38,257 bases of DNA from Welwitschia mirabilis (GCA_051453625.1 JBOZIK010000001.1:8477068-8515324), one strand, 5' to 3'. Shown: positions 14,257 through 25,674, counted from the stretch's first letter. The notes: generated by a model not told the origin, from the sequence alone. Numbers and translations are program-made.

Positions 14257-14362
14257 CTGCAGATATGACAGAAACCAGAAGAGTCAGGAAGGAAACAAAG
14301 GTATAAGTATCAAAACGAAATAAAAGAATGCGAGTGTTTGCTTGTCATTCGTGGCTACAGGC
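14257..14362 (-). other. 106-nt intron with GC-AG boundaries (CAG|GCCTGT...ctgcag|)
   Basis: U-rich interior and strong acceptor. The nearby GT donor (CCT|GTAGCC) is out of phase with this acceptor. Confidence 0.65.
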
Positions 14363-14431
14363 CTGCGTGATGGAAGGGAGATTGCAGAAGAAAGACTGGT
14401 AATGTTCCAGTGAAGCAATCCACAATCCCAT
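14363..14431 (-). CDS. DTX54: MATE/DTX54-like exon 1 (MGLWIASLEHYQSFFCNLPSITQ)
   Basis: ATG in strong context (aaagATGG). A phase-0 join gives [14 protein letters not shown], matching the PTLPQ|VIEELKEL N-terminus of DTX54-type proteins. Confidence 0.75.
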
Positions 14432-14443
14432 CTTTTTGATCTT

Positions 14444-14554
14444 TCAGGAGAAGATATTGAAAATTGAACAGGGACGTCTGTGCTCAGGCTCCGCCGATCG
14501 GATGATCGATGGAGATACGGCAGGGGCTTCGTTATTATTGCAGAAGATGGGCAT
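14444..14554 (-). promoter_or_regulatory. Candidate upstream ORF (36 aa, MPIFCNNNEAPAVSPSIIRSAEPEHRRPCSIFNIFS) ending 12 nt before the MATE ATG
   Basis: ATG at 14554 and TGA at 14446-14444. It is only functional if the 5' UTR reaches this far. Confidence 0.4.
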
Positions 14555-16063
14555 GAGACAAGGGACAACAGAGAAAGCAAAAGATGTATGGCGAAGGTAC
14601 AGTACCACGAGTGCTGTGAATTTTTCCGCCTCAAATAGGGGCGAGAATTGGATGATGGGGTGGCATTGGCAAGTAGGGCAAATAACAAGAAGCAGCGAAC
14701 CTTGGAACAAATAAAGAAAAAGAGATAGTAGAAAAACCTTGGAAGAGAAAAACAGACAAAATGACAAAATAGGGAGTAAAAGAAAACAGAGACCCAAACT
14801 CAAAATACGACCAAAGACCAAGTAGCAACACCGCAGTATGTATGTAAGCGTTAACATGGGCTAGAGTTTGTTGCAAGTGGTATTTCCGAGGCCGGTATTC
14901 CAGAGAGCGTGGATAGTTTTCCACCACTTTTCCTCTCCGATTTGAAGGAAGGGGCGTTTTGTGTTTGTTTGATTTCGGTACGGAACACCTCCACTACGCC
15001 ATATTCCGTCAAGATTCGCCCAACGCTGGTTTCTCGCACGTGCGATCCTCGTGTCGGAAGGAATTCATCAATTACTCAACAGACCAGAAATTTCTTGAAA
15101 ATGTAACGAAAATAATATTTTAGCTTACAGAATTGGAGCCCCTGCGCGGTTCCGAATGTGCGTTGAACCGAGAAAAGGGGAAACGCCTTAAGCTTGAGGT
15201 TTCTACGCTACTGGGAGACAACGAAAACAGAGCAGAATAGGAAAGAAATAAGGCTCATAATGATCGTTAACCTTCTCTTTTCCAATGCTCTGTGTGTATT
15301 CATGCGTGGGACCTCTGTAATTAGGAGGTTCTATTTCTGGTCTATGGAAATCCTTCCCTTGATTCTAGGGATTCTCTGACGACGATGAAATTAAATCCCT
15401 AGTTTTCAATTGCATGCATGTTCGGCTTTTGCTTTTCTCCTTCTCTGCCGGCGATTCGAAGCGAAAATGAAAGAAAGGAATGTCCATCATGCAGCTTCGT
15501 TTGGAAATTTCCGACAAGAAAGCTTTGAAAAACGAAATTTGACTCTGAGTGAGGCCTACGGGAGCTAACCTGAAGGAAATTAAGTTTGTATTTACGAAGA
15601 TGTATGCGATTTCTTGCCTTGGAAACGAGCATTATGGCGGCCGCAGAACAAATTGAATCTGAATTTTGCCACAACAGTGAATGGAGAAAGCTTTCTGTAT
15701 TTCTGCTCGGCGAAAAACGCAGGGAGTGCAATCCAGCCGCACAAGATCAGCATCAGAGTAGAAGCTCCGTACGACATGTTTGCTTCTCATTTGTCAATGG
15801 TAAGACCCTTGTGTTGCTTCTCGTTCACAGAATTGATGTGCAAGGGTTTTGATCGATGCGTTTTCAACAAGGTTTGGTTGCTGTCTCCGTCTCCGAATTA
15901 TGTAGGCACAATTCCATGCACGACCAGCTTGAAACGCGGTTGGTTCGAATTCTTCTTCTGCTGTAAAAAAGGTAATGGAGATAATCGATTAGCCTTGTGA
16001 ATTTGAATCTGTTAGAAAGAATATCGGTGCTGTTTTTATCTGCAACTGAATCGAATTTGAACT

Positions 16064-16280
16064 TTACGTAACGGAATCAACGGCTACGTCATGTGCTTCG
16101 TTGGTGCCAATTCTACGTCGTCATCTGCTCTGCTCTGCAATCTCCTTTCAACAACAAAACTGTCTTCTGTTGGTGCCTGATGGTTTCCCTAAACGATAAG
16201 ATTTGGACCTTTCACGGACGTCTGCAAGGCCTATGGGAAAACGTGCTGTTTATTTCAAAACCTTTCAAAAAGTTGCGTCA
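16064..16280. promoter_or_regulatory. Cluster of ACGT/TGACG (bZIP/TGA-type) motifs at the upstream edge of the CpG-rich island
   Basis: TTACGTAA 16064, TACGTCA 16085, TACGTCGTCA 16114, GACGTC 16217, AACGTG 16240, CGTCA 16276. Confidence 0.4.
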
Positions 16281-16308
16281 CATTTGAGTAACAAATAATG
16301 CGCCCCAA

Positions 16309-16640
16309 TTTGACATCACAGTGTAGAGATATGTCAAATTGTAAGGATTGAGGTAGACAGTAAAAAATTTAACTCATGTAAGTGGGAAAAGGCTAAGATG
16401 ACATTGATAAAGATTTTAAATAGTAGATTCCTTGTAAACAGAAAAAGGCTGTGATGATGATGAATAACAAACAATGTACTACAGTTTGACATCAAATTGT
16501 AGACCATAGATATACAGAAAAGGATCTAACTCAATGTAATCAAGAAAAGGATAGGATGATGATGATAACGACTTTAAATAGTTGACATTGTGTAAACTGA
16601 AAAGGTAACAATAACAATGATAATGTAATGATGAATAATT
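16309..16640. repeat. Diverged tandem duplication of ~175 bp
   Basis: Two copies starting TTTGACATCA (~16309 and ~16484), each followed by ..TAACTCA(A)TGTAA..GAAAAGG..GATGA..TGATAA.GA.TTTAAATAGT.GA..TGTAAAC.GAAAA. Confidence 0.75.
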
Positions 16641-17279
16641 GAATAAAAACCAATATAATGATGCAAAGAGAAACTTAGTAACTTGAAGATTTTCTCACCA
16701 TTATATGTCAAAAAAACAAAACCTTTTTTTTAATTTGAGGACTTTTTCACTGTTACATGTCAAGGAACAAAATCCGTGTTTTACTAGTTTGAGTTATATA
16801 TAAGACAAAACCTCTATCTTACTATTAAGTTACATGCTTTTGACCCTAACATTAAGTTATACCTTTGACCAAAGTTGAGGGGGTAGCACTGCTACTTACA
16901 TTCCCATTTATATTGAAGAAGCTTCTAGTACTTCAGGCAAACTCAAAGAAGCAAATAGGGAATCTTGGGAATCTTAGAACATGAGACTCGAAAGGTGTCA
17001 ATAAGTTATCAAACGCTTTAAAATCAACAGAGACTGTGATGAAATCTTTACATGCGCTTAGAGAAAAGTGTAAAAAAGCATGGATTTGGGCCTACAAGGC
17101 TTGAAAACTATTATTCAAAACAATTGTTGCTCTTATGTTACTATACAGTTATCTAGTTTGAGGACTAATCTAGTAATGAAATGGTGGAAGTGCATTAAAT
17201 AAGTTCAAAAATAGTTCTTAACAAAAAAATTATAAACGAAAAAACTAGACTCCCTATGATGTGTTGCTTCTTAAATCCA

Positions 17280-20150
17280 ATATGCTACCATTGGATACTA
17301 AAGTAATGTGTTAATTTATTTCCTATATTCATAAGAACTTTAGTTCATAATGGATGGTTGACTAGCCAATTATAAAATTGAGATCTCTTGATGTGGGTCA
17401 ACCAACCAATCATGAACAANNNNNNNNNNNNNNNNNNNNNNNNNNNNNNNNNNNNNNNNNNNNNNNNNNNNNGACTAACAAAAAGTAAAGATTGCAGTAG
17501 CTACTGGAGAAATATAAGTGTTTGTTAAATAAGATTAATAAACTTCATAACATCATTTTGAAGTTTTTTAAGGAAATAACACTTTGGATAGAATTCTTAT
17601 TAGAAAAAGAGTGTTAAGTAATAAAAGTAGCTTGGGATATGTGTCTTTTATCTCATTTATCATTGTTCTTACCTCTTCTAGCAAGTCATCCTTCTCCTTA
17701 AATGGTAAAGTATCATTTGATAAGAGTACTAATTTAGGTGATGCCCAATCCTACTCTTCAAATATTAAATTTGCCAAAAGAAATAGAAGGTTTTTTATTT
17801 ATGATTTTTGTAATAAGTTTAATCACATCAAATTGAGCTATAATTATAGTAACTTATTTTTAAAATTTGATGGTATGCTACATTTACAATTCACTTGGAA
17901 GAAACCTTATTTTGATATAAGAGAATAATGGTAAAACACATAGACATTTAGCACCATTTCTTCTGTGATCATGTTGAAAGTAAAGATATATACCTTTAAG
18001 TATATGCTAATCGAATATCAGCTACAAAACATCCTTACTAAATCTTTACCCTAAGATTGATTTGTGTCCCTATGTGAATCCCTTAAAGTTGAATCTTACC
18101 CATAAAATTTTTACTTTTCTTATACTTTTTTTTAGATTTTTGATTTCTTCTTATTCTTTTTCTTAAAAACTTGTTACTATACTTAATTAGTTGTATTTTT
18201 CTTAAATTTAAATTTGCAAGGTAATATCTATTTTAGAAATTAGCTAGTCAATTAATCATTAATAAACAAAAACCCTCCTCTAACTTGAAAGTTTTCCATC
18301 CTTAAAAGGTTGATTGAAACTATTTTTTGAGTCAATCATATTTTGTTCCAATTATTTTCTATTATCATTTGGTCCACCACCCCTATGCAGTTAGTTGATC
18401 CTCTTGTTCTTAGACTCTTTTAGTTTATTTCATAATTTCAACACTTTACCCTATGGGTTGACTATCTTATCATTTTTTAGAAACCAATAAATTTGAGAAA
18501 CTTCTTTTCATTTCCAACTGCTCTAGGTTTTCGCTTAGCAACTTTCCTCTATTCTTAAGTGATTTCTTTTGACTTCTACATCATTCAAAAACCTTTTTGT
18601 TCTCTTAAGAAGGTAAAAAACTACCTCCTTTGAAGACTTTTGTTCATTTTTGTTAAAATTCAAGGGTATGTCATTTTTTATTCAAAAAACCATGGTTCTT
18701 AGATTTCTCACATTTCTAATCATTATTCTTGCTTTCCATGCTTACATCCCATTCATTTTTCTTCCTTTTACTCATTCTATGTTATCTTATTTGAAATATA
18801 TCAAACTTAGGCTATTTGGATTCTTTCTTTCCACATTCAAGTTTTTATGCCTTCTCAACTAAGTTTTCAATTTCCTTCACTCTATATGCTATCCTCATGT
18901 TTCATTCTCTCTATCTATCTTGATAATTAGCTTCTTATCTCATTATTTTTTAGAAATGCAATGTATCTTAACTAGTTCCAATTATTTTGCATCTTTTCTT
19001 ATTTAGTTTGCATGCTAACATTTTGACAAAATATTTATGGCATTGATTTTAAATTTATTAGAAATTTATTTACATTTTTCATTTCATGAGTAAATTAAAT
19101 TCTATTATTTCTTATTTAACATAGACTTTATAATATCTAAATCCAAAATGTATGAATTTTTATCATATCATGTATATGTTAACTTATTTTCTTCTTTCAC
19201 TAATGATTAATTTTTGGATGCAGAAAAGCCATTAAGAACTAGAGGCAAAGTCTTCCATGGTGCTTTTTCAAAAGGAAAAGAAGTGAAAAAATTAAGACTA
19301 TTTATAATTAAAGATGTTAAATGTATGCTAGAATGTCTGAAAAAGACAAAATTAAGTTTGAAAATGAATGTAGGAAGAAAAAATTTCTTGAAAATTTAAA
19401 ATCTTTGAGAAACCTAATTATTGAAAACATTTAAATATTAGAGATGAGAACCACCTTTAACACCTCATCTTTAAGTTAATGCAAAAGTGATTAGTCTATT
19501 TTATGCTCACATTGAAGTAGTGATTGTTACTAACTATGTACTTAAAACAAAGATTTTAGGAATTGAGTTCAGAATTGCTCTTGATGCCATCACATAAGTA
19601 GTAAATATCCCTCGTGATGTAGTACATGATATTATTTTTGGACTTTCGAATATCCTTCTAGAGTTAACCATAACTATGAGTTGTATAGCAAGGATTTTGA
19701 TTGTGATTTGATCATAGCATTCTAAGCAATGCATCTCTTACCAATATACAGAGTCCTTAACCTCATCTTTAGTTAAATCATCATGCCATAAGAAGGATAT
19801 AAGGATGAAGTAACTTTGTATTGGCTTAAACTGTTTTATTATATTCATACTAGAATAAGGATAGATGCACCCTCAATTATTTTTAAATATATGATGTATA
19901 AATTATAATATAATACTTAGACCTTTCATTATAGTGGCTTGATCATAGGTTTATGTAGCAAAATTTTCCTTCCTTTGCCTCATAATAGTTTGATAATTCT
20001 ATATTCACTAAACCCATTAACAAATCTACATTAGTCAAGGTGAATGTGTTTAAAATAGAACGTACTTCTTAAGTGCCTTCAAAGTCAAATGTTACTACTC
20101 GTGGTAGTGGGACATTATCATACTTCAATAGATCCCAAGGACATGTTGAT
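17280..20150 (+). mobile_element. Internally deleted, degenerate SIRE-like Ty1/copia remnant: gag end, RNase H end and env-like ORF
   Basis: Gag-end LDRIL..NKSSLGY and decayed knuckle YDFCNKFNHIK (ORF 17584-17928). KHIDI*HHF and EYQLQNILTKSLP (RNase H C-terminus) at ~17932-18052. Downstream decayed ORF with VISLFYAHI..TKILGIEFRI (~19210-20150). Boundaries approximate. Confidence 0.75.
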
Positions 20151-20279
20151 CCCATCATTGATGTACTTAGAAGATAGTCATAGAATAGAAAAAATATGAA
20201 TAATAAAATTAAAACTAAAATTTTATTATATCTGAATAAACATCATAAGTCTATTAGACCATTTAAAAAATACAAAGTA

Positions 20280-21893
20280 TATTAGTATTAATGTTTCCTA
20301 GATACATTAAATATGTTCAAAACTCATGTTTCCTGATAATATCATTAAAATAATGTTTTGCTATAATACACATAACTCATATAGAGTTATCCTCATGATA
20401 TGCCATTTGAAACTAGAAAATTTAATGTCACAACAATCCTCTTTTACTTGTAATAAGAAAAGTTGAAATATTCAATCCTTTGATGGAACATTAGCCCATC
20501 TTCCAGTTTCAAATTTGAGACAATGGAATACCATCCTTACTCTACTAATCAAATTTCTAATTTGTAATGGTATTGTTACAGATAGATACTTTACTTCCTC
20601 CTCAAGCTTGCTTCATCAAATAGCTTTACAATATAATTGAAGTTTTTTTTTTGGCTATCTTCCCACATTGCTTAGTAACTTTTGTTTTCATCATCTTATG
20701 AATTATTTTAGGCTTTCTACTTATATCATAATCCTAAATTTTCCATTCTTATAGCCACAACTTTCCTTTAGCATGCCATTCCTTTTCTTGAGTGACTTCT
20801 AATATCTCACTTAAAAGCTTAATTTTGTTATTAAGTTTTTATGAAGTTTAATATTTAGATAAAAATATTAGAAACTGACATATTGTGTTAGCTTTAAAAG
20901 GTAATATATCAAGCTCTCGCAACAACATTTCCTATGATACATGAAGCTTTAGTCTTAACTTCATCTATTAAAAATTATTTTTGAATTGTCTCTATTTTCT
21001 TCCATAAATATTTGGCAAGGATTTGGATTCATGTTGTGCATTCATATAAAATGAGATTTGGATTCATGTTGTGCATTCATATAAAATGACTCGTTGCATA
21101 CTTGTATTAAATAATTACTTTCATACCTTCCATGATAAAATATTTTCTTTCTTACATTTGCTTTTTATAACATAAAGATCCTTTCACCCCTTTGTAAATT
21201 TTAGTGACACATGTTGATTCCATTTATCATTCTAAGAAGATTCCAATCCTAGGTATTTGTATGACTTAATAATCTCAAAATATTTATTATTTAAATAAAA
21301 AAAGTATTTTTCATTTATTTCATAAATAAGGATTTTTATTTTAGCAACATTTACCTTTATCCTTAAGCATCTACAGAACCTTTCTAATACTTTTAACATA
21401 GTCTAAAGTCCTGCATCAAATTTTATAGCTAGTGCTCCATCGTTTACAAAAATTAAGAAACGGAACATTATTTAGCCTATCTTCATTGAATACCTTTTTG
21501 ATACCTACTACATCCATCTTTCTAATCCATCCATAAGAGTTCCAAATAATGTTAGTGATAAAGGACAACCTTTCTTTACTACTATGCTACTATAAAACTT
21601 ATAAGATTCTTGAGAATCTGTGCTTATTAATTCAATCGTTATTTCTACATATAGTCTTTTTTGGTGATTAATGGACTAAAGACAATATTAAGATCAATAA
21701 GTCTACTTTATAATTTATTTCTAATGACTGAGTTATAAGATTTTGTAAAGTTAATAAAGAAAATGAAAGTCTTCTTGTACCACTCCTTTGATTGTTTATT
21801 TCAAAACTTAAGGGTGACTAGATGATCCATTATAGAGTAATTTCTTTAAAATTCTATTTGAAAGAATGCATAAATTGCTTATTTTTTGTGTAA
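20280..21893 (-). mobile_element. Degenerate non-LTR retrotransposon (LINE) ORF2, RTE-X-like: RT and C-terminal domain
   Basis: VVKKGCPLSLTLFGTLMDGLE (~21520-21583), decayed YADD region IFVNDG, GL*TMLKVLERFCRCLRIKVNVAK, KYLGL (~21245-21260), and C-terminal FHCLKFETGRWANVP..IFQLF..ED (~20440-20540). Runs into gap 21894-22875. Confidence 0.85.
21020..21089. repeat. Perfect 35-bp tandem duplication inside the LINE
   Basis: gatttggattcatgttgtgcattcatataaaatga x2. Confidence 0.95.
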
Positions 21894-22875
21894 NNNNNNN
21901 NNNNNNNNNNNNNNNNNNNNNNNNNNNNNNNNNNNNNNNNNNNNNNNNNNNNNNNNNNNNNNNNNNNNNNNNNNNNNNNNNNNNNNNNNNNNNNNNNNNN
22001 NNNNNNNNNNNNNNNNNNNNNNNNNNNNNNNNNNNNNNNNNNNNNNNNNNNNNNNNNNNNNNNNNNNNNNNNNNNNNNNNNNNNNNNNNNNNNNNNNNNN
22101 NNNNNNNNNNNNNNNNNNNNNNNNNNNNNNNNNNNNNNNNNNNNNNNNNNNNNNNNNNNNNNNNNNNNNNNNNNNNNNNNNNNNNNNNNNNNNNNNNNNN
22201 NNNNNNNNNNNNNNNNNNNNNNNNNNNNNNNNNNNNNNNNNNNNNNNNNNNNNNNNNNNNNNNNNNNNNNNNNNNNNNNNNNNNNNNNNNNNNNNNNNNN
22301 NNNNNNNNNNNNNNNNNNNNNNNNNNNNNNNNNNNNNNNNNNNNNNNNNNNNNNNNNNNNNNNNNNNNNNNNNNNNNNNNNNNNNNNNNNNNNNNNNNNN
22401 NNNNNNNNNNNNNNNNNNNNNNNNNNNNNNNNNNNNNNNNNNNNNNNNNNNNNNNNNNNNNNNNNNNNNNNNNNNNNNNNNNNNNNNNNNNNNNNNNNNN
22501 NNNNNNNNNNNNNNNNNNNNNNNNNNNNNNNNNNNNNNNNNNNNNNNNNNNNNNNNNNNNNNNNNNNNNNNNNNNNNNNNNNNNNNNNNNNNNNNNNNNN
22601 NNNNNNNNNNNNNNNNNNNNNNNNNNNNNNNNNNNNNNNNNNNNNNNNNNNNNNNNNNNNNNNNNNNNNNNNNNNNNNNNNNNNNNNNNNNNNNNNNNNN
22701 NNNNNNNNNNNNNNNNNNNNNNNNNNNNNNNNNNNNNNNNNNNNNNNNNNNNNNNNNNNNNNNNNNNNNNNNNNNNNNNNNNNNNNNNNNNNNNNNNNNN
22801 NNNNNNNNNNNNNNNNNNNNNNNNNNNNNNNNNNNNNNNNNNNNNNNNNNNNNNNNNNNNNNNNNNNNNNNNNNN

Positions 22876-22924
<49 letters not shown>

Positions 22925-22925
22925 T
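22876..22925 (+). repeat. (CT)n microsatellite abutting the gap
   Basis: Seen directly. Confidence 0.97.
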
Positions 22926-23255
22926 TAAAGTGGTGTGGGGAGGGGAGGAATGGTCATTTTTATTAAAACATAAAGACTGGTATTATGCCCAAAATTAGTG
23001 CATAAAGATTCAATACAAAGGATTTTTCCATGCTACCCTACTAGAAGCTACTTTCTAACTACATAAGCAGAAGCCCAAAAACCTATTACAGATCACTTGC
23101 ATTACAAAGATCAAAATCACAAAGAACTAAAACAATCAGCCAGCAAAAGGAAAAAGAATAAAAACTAAACTCTAAAACTAAACAAATACCGTTGATGCAA
23201 ATAAGCTAAAGCTAGCTTTCATACTTATAGAATAACTTGTTACAATGCATAAATG

Positions 23256-23447
23256 ATTGAAAGCTCAGGCACACTTATTCATGAGAATGTATTTCACTGT
23301 GTTAATCTATATGGCTTACTCAAGAGCTTCTTCAATCCTATTCTAGTTTTTATCTAGATGCCATTTCAGCATCATGCATCTATGAGCTTTGATGATCTCC
23401 TATTATGATGCTTTTGGAAGGATTCCTGAGTTTTCATAGTGATCCTT
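23256..23447 (-). pseudogene. Decayed DnaJ J-domain
   Basis: Single frame reads KDHYENSGILPKAS**EIIKAHRCMMLKWHLDKN*NRIEEALE*AI*INTVKYILMNKCA*AFN. All six stops (TAA/TAG/TGA) revert to Gln or Arg by one T->C change. HLD (CAT CTA GAT, 23360-23352) reverts to HPD the same way. Confidence 0.88.
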
Positions 23448-24494
23448 CCAAAATTTCTCTACTTCCATTTCATCATAATCTAGATCCCGATTAGGCTCTA
23501 AGTTCCTTTAGTTTTTTGTTTATTCTTCTATATAGCTCTCATCTAAGGGATAGCTCAAGAAATCTTTGCATGTTTTACCTTTTCCATGCCTAACTTTCCC
23601 TCCATGAGAAGATTCTGACATGGCTGTGCTATGGCCTTCTCTTTCTTATGGGCCTCTTCTTCCTTATTAATTATTTCTAAATCCTTATCTTTCATTTGGT
23701 CATGCTCCCTCTTCGACTTACTATGAGGGTTTTACCAAGGTTCCTTCTCTTGATTTTGCCTTGCTAAGCCTCGACCAGAGATAGGATTTCACTTGACCAC
23801 TTTAGTGTTGTCATGCTGGATTTCTTCTAGTCCCTACTTTTAAAATTCTACCTCATGCCTAATATAGCCATTTGCAAAAAGGAAAAGAAAGTAAAATGGT
23901 CTACTCTTTCTACCCTATTCTCCCTCTAGGCCTTGTTCAAAACCATAGGCTTTGAAGCCCTTCTAGCTAGGGCCTCTACCTTAATAAACTTTAATAATTT
24001 CTTAATTATCCTAGAATGCCAATTTTTCCACATTGCCTCTCAGCCTTTAATGAAGAAGAAGGGTAAGCTCACTAGCCTCCCATATTTAAGGGTTAGTGAA
24101 AAATTAAAATGTACATCCCTTAATTTTGAATGATTTCCATACTAAACAATGTAATAATCAATATATTCAACCATACTCTGATTTTTGAATATATCCCTTT
24201 TCTATTCTTGATGCTTTCCACTTAAGTATCCTTAAAATCTAAAAAGGAAGAAAACACTTATTTTCCTTCTTGATGCAGCCCTGTGATCTCCACTATTAGA
24301 TGTTGAGATATTAGAACTCTCTTTTTCAAGACAAATAATTTTCCATAAGTAATTTCTTTGCTTAATGAGAAAACTAGGTCACCTTTAAGTTTGGTCAACT
24401 ACTTTCATCCAAGAGTCAAAATTTAACTTCATAAATCATTCCTCTACCTAAACTTCTCACTAGTTTCTAGCTCATATTAAGGGTGTTGCCCCAT
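23448..24494 (-). pseudogene. Decayed retroelement-accessory-like ORF plus charged linker leading into the J-domain
   Basis: Starts ATG GGG CAA at 24494: MGQHP*YELETSEKF..LTKLKG..ISQHLIVEITGLHQEGK, then VEYIDYYIV*YGNHSKLRDVHFNFSLTLKYGRLVSLPFFFIKG, then a K/E-rich stretch. About three frameshifts. Family resemblance is from memory of uncharacterised gymnosperm TE-associated ORFs, not from a search. Confidence 0.6.
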
Positions 24495-24789
24495 TGGTTT
24501 TAGCATTAAGACATATAAAACCTTTTTTATTATTTTTTACCTAATGGCACTAACATTTTGGTTTACAATTTAGAATATTTTCTTATTACAAGCTACCAAA
24601 TAAACCATAAGATCATATTAAAAAATCATTTGGGCATGCAAACTACCTACATATAATTTACTTCTAAATTAATCACTTACCATACCTCACATGCTATTAG
24701 ACAAGCCTAAAATAAATGCTCAATAGATTCATTTCCCTCATACTGAATACAAGTTGCTACTATATGGTATCCCCTCTTTCTTAGATTTT

Positions 24790-25674
24790 CTACTCATAGG
24801 ACTTGATCTATGAAAATTACCCATCTTAATATAGCAGATTTTCCCCTAATGCACGTCTTCCATAGCTTATGAAGTGCTTATTACTTTCATTTCTTTTACT
24901 TAGTAATGCTTTAAAGTTAATACGACTTCCATCTAGAGTGCAGTAATCTTTCATCTGCATTAGGATGATTTCATCTAATTTGTTCTTATAAATACTCAAT
25001 GGCCCTATTGCTATTTTTGCATTTTAAGTGGGGTAGGCTCGCCAGTTTTCAATAGTTCATTGCTCTTAGTTGTAGTATATGTTTAAGCTAAATTATTTCT
25101 AGTATAATATCCTTTATGTTCTTTGGCTTCTTACTCTTGAGTATTTTTTTGGTTAGAAGGGTATATCTCCCCTTCCAATTTTCTAGCTCATGGGATTTTC
25201 TAGCTTATCTCTTCCCTTAATAATGCCTTTTAAAAGGGGAAATCCCCTTTCTTTAACTTTTCCATTTCTTATATTTACATTTTAGAATTATTATCGAAGT
25301 GTGACTTATCCTTATTTAAATTTTTTAATGATGTTAACCTTCACTAAGAAGATAATGTTCGTCATATCTTGTATGACCCATTTGCTATATTTTATTAACT
25401 TGACTATCTCTTGTCATATGGTCAGATGAACTCATGGATCTTCTTTTTCCTTATTTCAAATGAAGTTCTTAATTATTTTATTTACTGTTCTTTTACATTC
25501 TTTGGTAGCAATCTTGTTAATGCCCCTTATCTTGCTAGTATCGATCTGATGGAATTCATCAAGTTGATCCTTCCCTTACTTGACAGAAAGATTTATTTCA
25601 TTAACTACATCTTTTACTTATCTTAAGTGGAAGTCATGAAGATCATTAAAATTAGAGAAAGAGATGAATGAGGT
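24790..25674 (-). pseudogene. Second decayed ORF of unknown family upstream of the J-domain ORF
   Basis: Long stop-poor, K/E/I-rich frames such as VKDVVNEINLSVK*GKDQLDEFHQIDTSKIRGINKIATKECK, ERGFPLLKGIIKG and AKIAIGPLSIYKNKLDEIILMQMKDYCTLDGSRINFKALL. No domain recognised. Confidence 0.4.

Noticed and set aside
14560-14660. RHTSFAFSVV in the 137-aa frame, reminiscent of the S1-bZIP sucrose-control uORF (..SFSVVFLYW)
   Set aside because: Only FSVV matches, the conserved C-terminus is missing, and the downstream gene is not a bZIP.
11421-15890. Scattered TGTCTC/TGTCGG auxin-response motifs
   Set aside because: Isolated hexamers without paired spacing; not distinguishable from chance by eye.
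14284-16287. Many overlapping 60-137 aa ORFs upstream of MATE
   Set aside because: Expected in the GC-richer island; no recognisable domains, and several translate U-rich intron-like tracts.
21866-22998. Long ORFs of X residues (also at 7176-7492, 32826-33614, 36830-37052)
   Set aside because: Artefacts of N-gaps and microsatellites.
24270-24700. Possible LINE endonuclease motifs continuing the LINE beyond the gap
   Set aside because: No convincing GDFN or SDH motifs; the region reads better as the ATG-initiated accessory-like ORF.
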